Source: Mitosporidium daphniae (Eukaryota). From it: a DNA stretch of 64,000 bases. Location: assembly GCF_000760515.2 (NCBI RefSeq), contig NW_013546678.1, positions 1 to 64,000 of the forward strand. The letters run 5' to 3'. The notes below the pieces were generated by a model that ran no database searches, was not told the origin of the DNA, and saw nothing but the letters and a program-made list of their open reading frames with translations. Position 1 is the first letter of the stretch. Every line of letters begins with the position of its first letter. Both the position numbers and the translations under genes were made by a program. Of this stretch, positions 12,001 through 22,545 are shown piece by piece.

Positions 12001-13662
12001 AAACTCTCCAACGACGCTTATAATCCAGGATGAAGAAGATGCTTCCCCAAGTGCCAAAAAAGAAGATTTAAGAACAGACCTTGGTGCACTTGCCTCAATG
12101 CTTAAAGTGGACGAATACAAGTCGTCGTCATTCTTGGCGTCTGCAGTGATGTTCTATGCTCATAAATGGGTGTAATCTTACGTCATCATCCAACTCAGCA
12201 AACGAAGGGTGTGAAGAGGCAGCATCTTCGGCCGAACCATTCTGCCATATTTCAAAAAAGAGGTTTTGAGGGCCCTCCGATGTACCAAAAAACCCAAGAT
12301 TCATGTTCTGCGCAGAAATGGATAAGGACCTCGTTGAAATTGAAGACACAACATATGAAGGCAAAGTGGTTGCAATGACGCTAATTTCTGCCCTAAAGAC
12401 ACCAGAATATCCGGGATTCAAAAAAAGTGACAATATATAAATGGAGCCGTTCAATAGGGAAAAAATAAAGTTTGAAGGGCCATCATCTGAACCATTGCCA
12501 AGATGATTGATTGTGCATTTTGTCAAATCGAGTCCAAGATGTGCGTATTTGGAATCTGAAATTAGGGACGTAAACCTACTGGAGGGGGAGAGCCCACTGA
12601 TTGTGGAAAAGTTCGAATTTACAGGGATCGTGAAAACCCTGCCAAGCGTGTCAATGTGGATAAATGCACTGGTGCTTAGTACCAGTATACCGCCTAAAAG
12701 GGGTAAGTCAATTGCATAATGTTGTTGAAAGCAAAAGGGAAACAACAAACAGTTACATACATATGGGCCTTTTGACCGCCAAGATCTTAAACGCATCGGA
12801 GGGTATGTTTGTTTGCCTTCCAATAAGTATGAATGACTCGGAGTCTATATTGGAGAGGGAAAGCCAGTAGATCATCTTGGTATCTCTCAGTAGATTCAAT
12901 CGACTACATCATTAAAAGATTGAGAAAATAAACGTACCAAGGATCTGTAGGCTTCGGCTCGGCAAGCAACGCCATAGCAGGGATATTAAAGTTCTCAAGA
13001 AAACAGAAGTCAACCAAGTTCCTCAGATCGTTGTCAATGGAGGATCGTAAATTATCACAGACAAAGCATTTGGGCTCAAAAAGATGGCCGTGTTTTTGAA
13101 TCGACGAAAACGAAATCATACCGATGGAATCTCTTGGAAGCGGAATGGCTGCCATTCGCGATTGAGGATCAACACAAAGCCCTGCTGATTGTGGCAGAAA
13201 GGAGGCCGATAGCTATGAATTAAAACGGAGGGGCAATCTCACCGAAAGATCCTTTTCAGTATACGCCTCATCAAATGAGATCAGTGAAATTGTCTTCAGC
13301 AAATCTTCGTTTTCGTTGTACGCGACAATTGAAACCTTTTGCGGGAAAAATGAAATCATCAAGTAATCAAAGCTCTTTTCAAAAAGGCCAATATCATTTG
13401 ACTCCGTTGCAGATAAAAAGATATTTGTCGAGACTGCGGAGAGCCCCGTTATTACGCCTTCAAATTTGAAGGACTTTAAATGGAGAAGCCTGTGACGAGA
13501 CACACACTGTTCCCAAATGACGGAATACACAGAAACAATGTTGCTATTTGCAGTGACAAAATGGCATTTGTGGCCAGGAAATACAGAATGGGATAAATTA
13601 CAAAAGAGGGAAGCGGAAATTTTCGTTGAAGGCAATGTCTGTACAACTATTTGGTTATACAT
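9051..13662 (-). CDS. CFT1: Cleavage and polyadenylation specificity factor CPSF160/Cft1 (multi-exon)
   Basis: C-terminal GEDRGVRGRVLIIE..EEVKGPVTAV..NYILIGDAFKSI..QEDPAKLIQLGKD..RSDF. Six GT-AG introns of 28-65 nt join the ORF pieces. Confidence 0.9.
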
Positions 13663-13989
13663 CTCTGTTAAGGGAAATGATATTCAATGTAATGGTAATG
13701 AATGCCGTAAATTTCAATTTGGTCTTATCTTGTGCCACGAAAATTAAATTCCAAATTTTATTTGCTTTCCCATGTATACATCGATGTCGATTGTTTTTCA
13801 AGACGTTTCTGTGGGCGGGTTGGCCTTGGATTGCCAATGCCCCCAGAATCCGATGTGATTAGCGGAACAAATTCTGCCTGTGCCTTGCTTAGCACGAGCA
13901 CGAGCACATTATTTTCCAATTTTTCGATGCCAAATACATGTGCTATGTGCTTTTGTTCAAAAGCCCAATGTACAAACCACGTATGTAAT

Positions 13990-14922
13990 TCATAATTTAT
14001 TGATGTGTTGGGAGAGCTGATTTCTAAGCGCCGAAATGATTGTTTTTGCAACGGAAATAGAGTGCTTTTCAATAAATCTTGTGATCTCAAAGGCAGGCAT
14101 GGATAGCCCGCGTTTATATACAGAGAACACGTCTTTGGTATTTGGATCGATCGACACTATAATGTCCCCGACGCAATGTATCTCCTCAAGCTGGCAGGGG
14201 TCGATAAGCATGCATGGTCGAATATTGTTCAAGTTCAGTTTGGAGTTTTTAAGCAAATCCTCGTCAGGCTGCAGTATGGAAAAATACAAAATCACCGGTG
14301 TATAGGAAAGAGCAACGTCGGGATACTTGAATGTACACAATCTATTGTACATTTCAACGGAAAAGAGCGCACATAGCAATGAGTAGGAAGAGCAGCCAAT
14401 AACATTTCCATCAGAGCAATCAAGTATGGTGATTGAAGCACAAAGATTCCAAACCTATCGGTGAGAGAATGAGGAAATTATACCTGCTCCCCAGACCTAA
14501 TACAAAGCCTTTCAAGATCGATGGCTTTAGAAAATTTATACACCGTTTCCAGCAAGCGATGGATATAAAAATGCGACTCTAGCTCGCTAAACATAAATCC
14601 ATAAGCAAGGATACCCGGTCGATGGCTTGTCAAAAAGAGACGGCAAGCTGTTCAGCTTCAAAGAAAAAGACCCCTCTTTCGGCCTTTCAGGATTTGGCGA
14701 TCCCGATTCAAATGAAAGCGCAGTGTGGACTCTGGTAGCCCCCAACGTCAGCTCGACGGAAATCGAATCCCTGGTCGGTATGATGCTTGAAATTGTTGGG
14801 ATTCGACTTTCTGTAAAATTTCTCCCATCCACCCTTACATTCGAAAGCGTGGACATGGCCAAAAACTTTGCCTGCAAATGGTTAGCATTCCCGGAGCCAT
14901 CAACATTTAAAGTCAAAGACAT
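13990..14922 (-). CDS. RRP45: Exosome RNase PH-like subunit, Rrp45-like
   Basis: RVDGRNFTESR..VELTLGATRV..PNPERPKEG, a downstream DPCQLEE motif, and two 28-29 nt introns. Confidence 0.75.
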
Positions 14923-14955
14923 GAGAAAATTAAAACTTTAATAAAATTGCCTCTA

Positions 14956-15929
14956 ATGGGGGCTCCCACTGAATCAGTGCCTCTTTACAACTTTTTAGTA
15001 AGCTTTGAATTCTTATCGTTATGCTGGTGCATATGCCGGGCTTTCTGTCGATTTAATCTTGTTTCCGCTCGACACTTTAAAAACAAGGATTCAAAGCAGG
15101 CAAGGCTTAAGAGCCATTGTCGGAGGGCTAAGGGGTGCCTATTCTGGACTCCCTGCCACATTGCTGGTTTCGTGTCCATCGGGTATTGCATCAAAAATTT
15201 ACTCTTTTCTTTCCCATACTAGCCGCAATTTTCTTCTACACTTATGAGATGATGAATGATATTTTCAAAGCAAATAGAGACCATTTCTCGCTCTCGCAAA
15301 CCCTCATCTCATCGGTTACTGCTGAATTGGTACCACTTGTAAACTTGCTTTAGTGTGCCTCTGTCATAAGAACGCCAGCAGAAATTGTCAAACAAAGAAG
15401 GCAAGCGCACCTGTTTGGATCCACCTATGCGGCCTTTAATGACCTGTTAAAAAAGGCAAAAGGCAGCCGCATGGTACAATGCAGCCAACTATATCGAGGG
15501 TTTATTCCCACCATAATACGCGACATTTCGTTCGCTGCCATTCAATTTGTAATTTACGAATACAACAAGGTGCATCATGTGGTCCTTAACCTTTTAGAAC
15601 CTGCTATCAAAGTACATAAGCCGACCGCTTCTTCCATCGGAAGCCTCAGTTTGCGGGTGCATTGCGGGGGGAATTTCTGCAGCCATAACAACGCCCTTGG
15701 ATGTGCTAAAGACTCGAACCATGCTGAATCTTTCACCCAAGGTACCCTGGATAGCATAGCTGATTTACAGGAGAAAATCCCAAATGTGTTTGTACTGGGA
15801 ACTGCCATTTTGAACAAAGAAGGCGCACGCTCGTTGCTCCATGGGCTTACGCCGCGCGTTGCATGGATGACAATAGGCGGCGGCATATTTTTTGGCGCAT
15901 ACGAACAGGCCAAATCATTTCTGTCGTAG
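14956..15929 (+). CDS. PET8: Mitochondrial carrier, S-adenosylmethionine transporter (SLC25A26/Pet8-like)
   Basis: Three carrier signatures after splicing: [22 protein letters not shown] and TPLDVLKTR. Also [21 protein letters not shown]. The first intron appears non-canonical. Confidence 0.85.
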
Positions 15930-16083
15930 CTCTATGGGGATATTTTAATAGCGGATTCAGTAAAATTACTCAGCCCCTGAAGGGGCCTTAAGTCTTCCTG
16001 CTTGATAGTTTCGGTGTGTAAGCAAGTTATCAAGCCGTGCAAGGCTTGATAACCAAGCCAGATACGCTGCAGACTTAACGTTT

Positions 16084-16822
16084 CTACACATTTAATAGTT
16101 TGGACATTAAATTATCCGTGTTTTCGCAAAATGGCACTGCAGCATTTGAAGATGACAAGGTGATTAAATTCATAAAATCCCTCGATTCGAGCGACTAGGG
16201 TTAGCCATAAAAGCCTTACCGTGCAACTTAGAAACTCGAAATTTGTCCAGGACTCTTCGTCAGCGAGCTTCTGCAGGTGGGAATACGACTTTAGCCTGGC
16301 GAGAGTCTCTGCCTGGCTCTCTTTCTTTCTAAATTGGACCTGCAACGCTTTCGACTTTTCATGGACGTTTTGAGAACCAAAGTCAACCGCCTCGTCCTTT
16401 GGCTTTATGTCTTGTTGTGCTGAATTGCACAAAGACGGTCTTAGTTGGATAAACGATTGCAATGGCACAATGAAAAACTTGTCATCGCTAATCAGACCCG
16501 CAAAATAGTTGGACTTTGGAGGGATTTTCAGCGAGGTCAAGTGCTGAAATCCAGACACATTATCATTCCAGAGCTCGTTGTTAACAGATGAAGATGAGCA
16601 TGAAGGCTTTGGATCTTTTGCCGAAGAATAAAACTCGGAATCGGTATCGATGGGAACGAGCAGCTCAAGGAGTTCAGACTGGGACTTGAACCTGGCCTGA
16701 ATCCCTTCTTCTGGATTTGCCTCTTGACGCAATGGAAATTGAAGAAGATAGATGTCATTGATATCTTTAGATAAATACAAATCCATCTCCTTGATTACCT
16801 CATCATATGGACAAGGATCCAT
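16084..16822 (-). CDS. RPC37: RNA polymerase III subunit Rpc5/C37 (Sin-like)
   Basis: DEVIKEMDLYLS..IYLLQFPLR, SNYFAGL..FIVPL..IQLRPSL and EESW; 25-nt intron near 16195-16219. Confidence 0.8.
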
Positions 16823-17013
16823 TTATAAAATTAAAATTTATTTGTAAATTCTCGGCCTGTAGACTGACTGTGGTGTGCCCTTGGGGCTACATGCGCCAAA
16901 AGCAAAATGCTGCTGGATAAGAAGATTTGCCTTATCTTCATCACAATTGAGATATTAAAGTAGGGGATTTTAGGGCATTTACTTACAAAAGGTTGTATAC
17001 AAAAGTTTGTTTC

Positions 17014-18107
17014 TTACTTTGGCAACATGCCTTGGCTTGGGGCTTCAAGTAGGGTATCTTTTTTTGTACCGGCTCCAGATTTTGTCGATCTCAACGAAAC
17101 ATAGCTAAAAGGTTAGATCCATAAGTTACCTATACATGAAGCCACCCATTGATGTCATTATTATGCCAAAAATATCGATAAGAATGATGGGGGTAGAAAA
17201 TATGACGATCCCAAAGGCTATCGATATGGATTGCTTGATGTTTCCAACGACAGACATTGTCAATGGCGATGTTAGCTTTGTCAGGTAGAAAGAGGAGCAG
17301 TTCAAGGCAAAGGCGCTCAGTCCATTGATGCCCAAGAAAAAAAGAGCCACACTTAGTGTTCTGTGTACCAGCTGAAGAGAATAAAATTGATTAAATAGAG
17401 CGAGCTCGCCTTGCAGCCAGGAAAAAAGCAAACATTGAAGAAGGCAAAAAGGGGCGATTTTATAGCAAAGCTCGAGAGGATGGAATCTATCGTTCCCGGT
17501 CAGAATCAAATTGACAAAAATACCCTTGAAGGCACCTACAATGACGCCCAAAAAGGTCAAGATGCATCCGAAATTGCTAAACTCCGAGGATTCCTGAAAT
17601 TGGGCAACAGAGGATAGGCAAATTCCACAAATAATCTAAAAAATATAACGATTTTGTTACCGGAATCAAAGTAAGTATAATCAGGAGAGGAGGGAGCCTG
17701 CCGAAAAAAAAGTACTCCAAAACAATGACAAAAAAGGGATTGGTCGACCTGACAATCTGGTGAAATGGAATTGAAACGTAATTCAAGCTCAAGTTGCTGG
17801 TGGCAATATTTAGAGTGAATATCACGGAACAAAGGAAAATTTTGACCGATCTGGAAAGGGAATATGAAGCGGTGTTTTCCGTGGAAAGGCCAGCTGCATA
17901 CTTTTTTTTTGCTATCCTCGAAGCTATCAATAAATAAAGGAAGGAAAAAAGCCCAGAAGACCCAATATGAAGGAATGTCAATAGCCACGGAAACGAAAAT
18001 CCAAGAACGGATAGGATCCACTTGTTTTGAAGAGTTAGAAACACATTGAGAGACAAGTATAAGGATATACAAATAAGCTCGATTGAAAGGAATCGAGCAT
18101 AAGGCAT
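17014..18107 (-). CDS. Triose-phosphate/nucleotide-sugar transporter family (SLC35E-like); start uncertain
   Basis: NKWIL..FSFPWLLTFLH, NLSLNYVSIPFHQIVRSTNP and TSPLTMSVVGNIKQ; multi-TM; two 25-nt introns. Confidence 0.85.
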
Positions 18108-18556
18108 TAAAAAAATCAAAACAAAGTGATGCCATTCAGATAGGAAAGTATTTCTGTGGGCCATAATACCCAATCAAGCGTGCCTATTAAAGAGTAGCTC
18201 CAGGTTTCAGTCTTTTCAGATGCCGTGTTTTAGCTTTTCTTTTTCAAAATAAAGTGGCCTTGGCGATTGCCGCAGTTGCACACCTTGTCATCGCTAAAGC
18301 ATCAATGTAAATGGGCGGTTTCAACAAAATCTATTGTAGATAGGCGGCTCCAATAAAGCCCGCTGTAGATATCTTTGACGCATGCTACCTTTTGCACACA
18401 TGTTTCGATTAAAATTTCGTTTCAGCATGCATAGCGGTCAGCAATCCATATGTGCTGCAAAGGATCTTTCAGTGTACAGCGCCATGGCTTGTCACTCCCC
18501 ATAACATTGTGCAAATGTCCAAAAATTGTGTCTCAATTTTAAAATTTAGCCGTTGA

Positions 18557-19961
18557 ATGTCTTTTGAAGATCTTTACCTGCTTTTTTCTCTTATAAGCTC
18601 TCTGCTATATGTGTTGGTTGGATATCTTCTATATGAGAAAGTCTCCATCATCGATGGTAATTTTGAATGCAGATTAAGCTTATTTCCAAAGTCAATTTTC
18701 TCGTTCGTATTTTCGTGCTCCATTTCACTGGTCCAACTTGCTTTTGTGGAGGTGTTGGGGCTTATTGATCCAATGTATGCGAATCAAAGATTTACTCCAA
18801 AATTTAGATATAGGCTCTATTTGTGGAAATCCATCATTTGGCTATTGCTTGCACTAATATTGGTCATTATTCCGCTTTACCAGATCCATTATCTGCTGGC
18901 TGGTCTGAAAGGGAACTTTAGGATCTTGTGTAGCATTGTGATCTGGGTAATCTATGTCGCATTTATATGGAAATTGGGAGGGTTAGCAGCCTTAAATGTC
19001 GACTCCAGTCGCATTCCTTATCTTACCATCTTTGCGGGAAAAGCCAGCGTCATAGGAATAGCTTTGATGGCCATTTTGGGTGGCGTCACTGCGGTATATT
19101 CATCGGCATCGATTTTTATTGAGCTTCCAACGTTCGACTCGATAAACAGGTACCCTAGACATGTGTATCCACATTTTAGCGACCAAGTCTCTTGTGAAGA
19201 CAAAGCATATATTGGCTACGAAAATATTGAAAAAAAATTCAGAACCATGCATGGATATAGCCTCGCCTTGAAAAGAGAAAATCTACACAAGGTACCATGA
19301 GCCCATTCACGCCAGAGCGCCTTTTCTCGCGTTTTTGAACGGCTTTTTCAACATGGCTGTCTGTTCTATTTTGTCTATAAGCTCTCTTTGGTATACTTCT
19401 CTTTTGATTCCGTAGTCTTTGATAGGCCTATTTCTGAAAAACTACGCCTCCAACAAGACCACTTTGCATCCATCGTTTCTTCCACGCGTAATAAGCTATT
19501 TTGGGCTGCCAGTTGATATCCAGTTTTGGGTTCACTATTTCGGCTTTTTCATCATCGGGTGTACGCTCATAAACTACGTTCGCGGGTTTATCATCAATCT
19601 TTTGAAGGTACGCCATTTCCCGCTCATCTTTGCCGCGTGTAGGTGTCAAAAACCTGCTCTGAGCTAGCTGAGCCCAAATTTGTCATGCTACTTATTTCTC
19701 AGCTGATGGGCGTTTATTTTCTTTCGTGCATCATTATGCTGAGGGCCAATCTGCCCGAAGAGTATCGGTACACCGGCTGTAGTAACAATTAGCAAAGCCT
19801 TGTCTTCTGCCCTTGAAGGGTTGGTTTTCGAGTTCTACACCAGATGGTTTGACGTCTTTTTTATTTGGAGCTCTATTTTAACGTTTATTTATTTTTGGCT
19901 GTGGCACAAGGTTGTCGGCAGTACTTTACAGGTCTTTGAAGACGCCGACATGGTTGTATGA
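18557..19961 (+). CDS. Golgi pH regulator / GPR89-like membrane protein (multi-exon)
   Basis: SVIGIALMAILGGVTAV, DIQFWVHYFGF, SQLMGVYFLS..MLRANLPEEYR and FEFYTRWFDVFF. Confidence 0.85.
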
Positions 19962-20451
19962 GCGATCTAGCCTTGATCCAAAGATCAAGGCCACCAAAGA
20001 GGCTGTTGATAGAGTAATTCCGCAAAATAAATTTGGAATTGGCCAGTACTATACGTTGTGAATAAATTTACACGCGCCGTACCTGCCAGTTGCTATTCCA
20101 ATCCAGCACCAGAGGAAGCGATCCCACCCATGACCCAAAAACATATGCAATCGACGGGAGTAGCCTGAAATGATCGATGGTCATTGTATTTCGAAAAGGC
20201 ATATCGGAAAAGTAAACAAAATAGCACTCCATTAGGGCGAAAGATACCTTACAAAATTGAAGCGAAAAAATTGCCCACGGTACATATTCAAATACATTCA
20301 AGCTGGGGCCAAGAATGTATGCCGAAAACGCCAGTAAGACCGCATACTTCAAGTCGGCACACTGGGGGCGCTTAGAAAAGCACAAATTGACACCAAATAA
20401 CACGGTGGCAAAGAAAAGCATGGCCCCGGAAATTGTCCATAGCGCCGGCAT
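19926..20451 (-). CDS. GPI11: GPI biosynthesis protein PIG-F/Gpi11
   Basis: GSWVGSLPLVLDWNSNWQ|YWPIP across a GT-AG intron matches the PIG-F signature. Confidence 0.8.
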
Positions 20452-20474
20452 GCTGCAAAAAAGTTAAAAATAAT

Positions 20475-22373
20475 TTATTGGTGGAAGGTAAAAATGGTTT
20501 TGTTCCTTTTTCGGTTGCTTAAATCGTTGGGTGCGTTGTACATGTGTCGAATGTTGATGGTGCTCCGCAAGAGGCTAGCAGGATACACATACTCATTCAT
20601 GATGGACAAAAATTCCGGGAAAACGTCTTCTCTCCCCTCTTCAATGTCACAAAGAAGGGGCTTTATGGCAGGAAGGAATATGTCGTTATAGTAGGTAATA
20701 ATATCAGCCTCCTCAAAAGAATCGGCATCTGGGTCGTGATCAGACTCGCTTTCTGCTGATGATGCCTGCTCAATTGGGATCCGTCTAAATGAGGATTCCG
20801 TCTTTGAGGGATCCTGCAAGTAAATTGATAAGATGTATCGAAACGATAGCAGGTGTTCGTCTACATTGGAGAGGGACCCTGAAGAAAGATGTGGATACAC
20901 CAGCGACAATCTGCAAACAGTGTACATGGCACTCATAATCACAATATCAATGCTGATACCATCCCTTAAAAGCCTTGGCCTTGCCTTTGTTATTGAGAAC
21001 AACACCAGTTGCCATATAATTCTTCTAGCCGGAATGGAAAGTTGAAGCTCATGGCCTTTGATGAAAAACGATAGGGTCGATTTGAGTCTGTGTACAATTA
21101 CTTTCAAGTAAAATTTGGATCTGCTAACCATGTGGTCTATGGAGCTCCAAATCCATTTATCCATCAGCAGGTTGAAATATTGCACAAGCTTGTTGTTGCT
21201 AGTACACATGTCTGTCGAGTGCGAAGATAGAATTCTGATGGTGGGGCCAATTAAAAGAGCTATTTTGGATAGCGAGCAGTTGAGCTCCGAATGAAGAGCG
21301 AGCCGAGCGGTCAACACTTCATTTAAAAGCTCGCCATAATAGCTGTCGACATTTGAAATGATCATCGATATGGCGTTAATGCAGCACACAAACTCGGGCG
21401 ACATAAATGTCAAAGTATGCGAGGGATACAAATCAAAAAAGCCCTTCCACACAACACACAGGATCCTTGCACAATACGAGGAGGACTCCACCAGGGAACA
21501 CAACAATGAAACATTGAGATCGATTTGCAAGTCATTCCACGGTATTGGCTCAATATCTACCACATATGAATTCTCAATAAAATAGGTCAAATCAAAGGTC
21601 AAAAAATCAAGGACATTTCCTTGCATTTTGAAAAAGCGCTCAATGAAAGGCTCGCAAGAGACGCTGAATCTTGAGCAGTTGAGAAGAAAAAAATCGAGCG
21701 AAAATGTTGGCTTTGAGATCCCATATAGCATCGTGAAGCACTTTATCATGTCCAACTCGCCGATACACGTGATTTCCTGCAGTACCACGAAAGAAAGCAA
21801 AATATACCGCCAACAAAAAGAAATGGACCCATTGAGCACATAGATTTCACTAACGTTGATATCCAAGCTTTTGTTGAGAAAAATACACAATCTTATCAGA
21901 AGAAACATCTGAGAATCGGACGGCACGCGTGAGATGGAAAGCCTGTTAACAATGGTGCTTACAAAAAAGAAACACTGCGCAATTTCGACACTAGATGCAA
22001 CACTGCATATAAGGCCATCAAGCGCCTCGGCATCGTCAACCAGACAGCTGGATGACTTGACCAGCAAAAGAGCATTGTACAAGCGGGTTGGATTTATGGC
22101 CAAGCGGTCAAAAACCTTATCCATAAGCATGTAAGGCGTAAACGCCTCATCAGGGCCCACTTTGCGTAAATTAATAAGGGTCAGCCAAAACGAGGAAGCT
22201 ATAAAATACTCGTCAAACACATTGGAAACGCTGAAAATGTCGTGCGAAATCAGCATGAAAAGCTCAACAATCTCGGCGTCACAGCGTGCCAAAAAATCAA
22301 ATGCATTCAGCAGACACAACACGGAAACCAACTTTTCCTCCGCCTCGGGTCTAGTGGGGCAAGCAAGATCCAT
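20475..22373 (-). CDS. Divergent retinoblastoma-like pocket protein
   Basis: Rb B-pocket-like motifs LLRDGISIDIVIMSAMYTVCRL, LSFRYILSIY..FRRIPI and DIITYYNDIFLP. Confidence 0.7.
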   Translation of the reverse strand: MDLACPTRPEAEEKLVSVLCLLNAFDFLARCDAEIVELFMLISHDIFSVSNVFDEYFIASSFWLTLINLRKVGPDEAFTPYMLMDKVFDRLAINPTRLYNALLLVKSSSCLVDDAEALDGLICSVASSVEIAQCFFFVSTIVNRLSISRVPSDSQMFLLIRLCIFLNKSLDINVSEIYVLNGSISFCWRYILLSFVVLQEITCIGELDMIKCFTMLYGISKPTFSLDFFLLNCSRFSVSCEPFIERFFKMQGNVLDFLTFDLTYFIENSYVVDIEPIPWNDLQIDLNVSLLCSLVESSSYCARILCVVWKGFFDLYPSHTLTFMSPEFVCCINAISMIISNVDSYYGELLNEVLTARLALHSELNCSLSKIALLIGPTIRILSSHSTDMCTSNNKLVQYFNLLMDKWIWSSIDHMVSRSKFYLKVIVHRLKSTLSFFIKGHELQLSIPARRIIWQLVLFSITKARPRLLRDGISIDIVIMSAMYTVCRLSLVYPHLSSGSLSNVDEHLLSFRYILSIYLQDPSKTESSFRRIPIEQASSAESESDHDPDADSFEEADIITYYNDIFLPAIKPLLCDIEEGREDVFPEFLSIMNEYVYPASLLRSTINIRHMYNAPNDLSNRKRNKTIFTFHQ

Positions 22374-22545
22374 CGAGAGAAAGCGACAAAGGATGTACTG
22401 TCATTTTGCGGTGACAGATCATTTGCATGCGGTCGCTATTGAACCATTGCAATTCAGCTGTCACTTCGTTGTCAAATGGGATTACAAGGCGGGATGGTAT
22501 TTTAATTTCAAAAAGATAGCCAATTAAATTGGAGCGAAATTTTTA

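Noticed and set aside
13758..14090. 110-aa ORF between CFT1 and RRP45
   Set aside because: Overlaps RRP45 in another frame and shows no recognisable motif.
16870..16950. Mini H/ACA-like layout (hairpin, AAAGCA, hairpin, ACA)
   Set aside because: Short weak stems and no identifiable rRNA target.
18231..18503. Minus-strand Cys-rich frame interrupted by two TGA codons (selenoprotein or readthrough?)
   Set aside because: No recognisable homology or SECIS, and TGA is a normal stop in neighbouring genes; likely chance.
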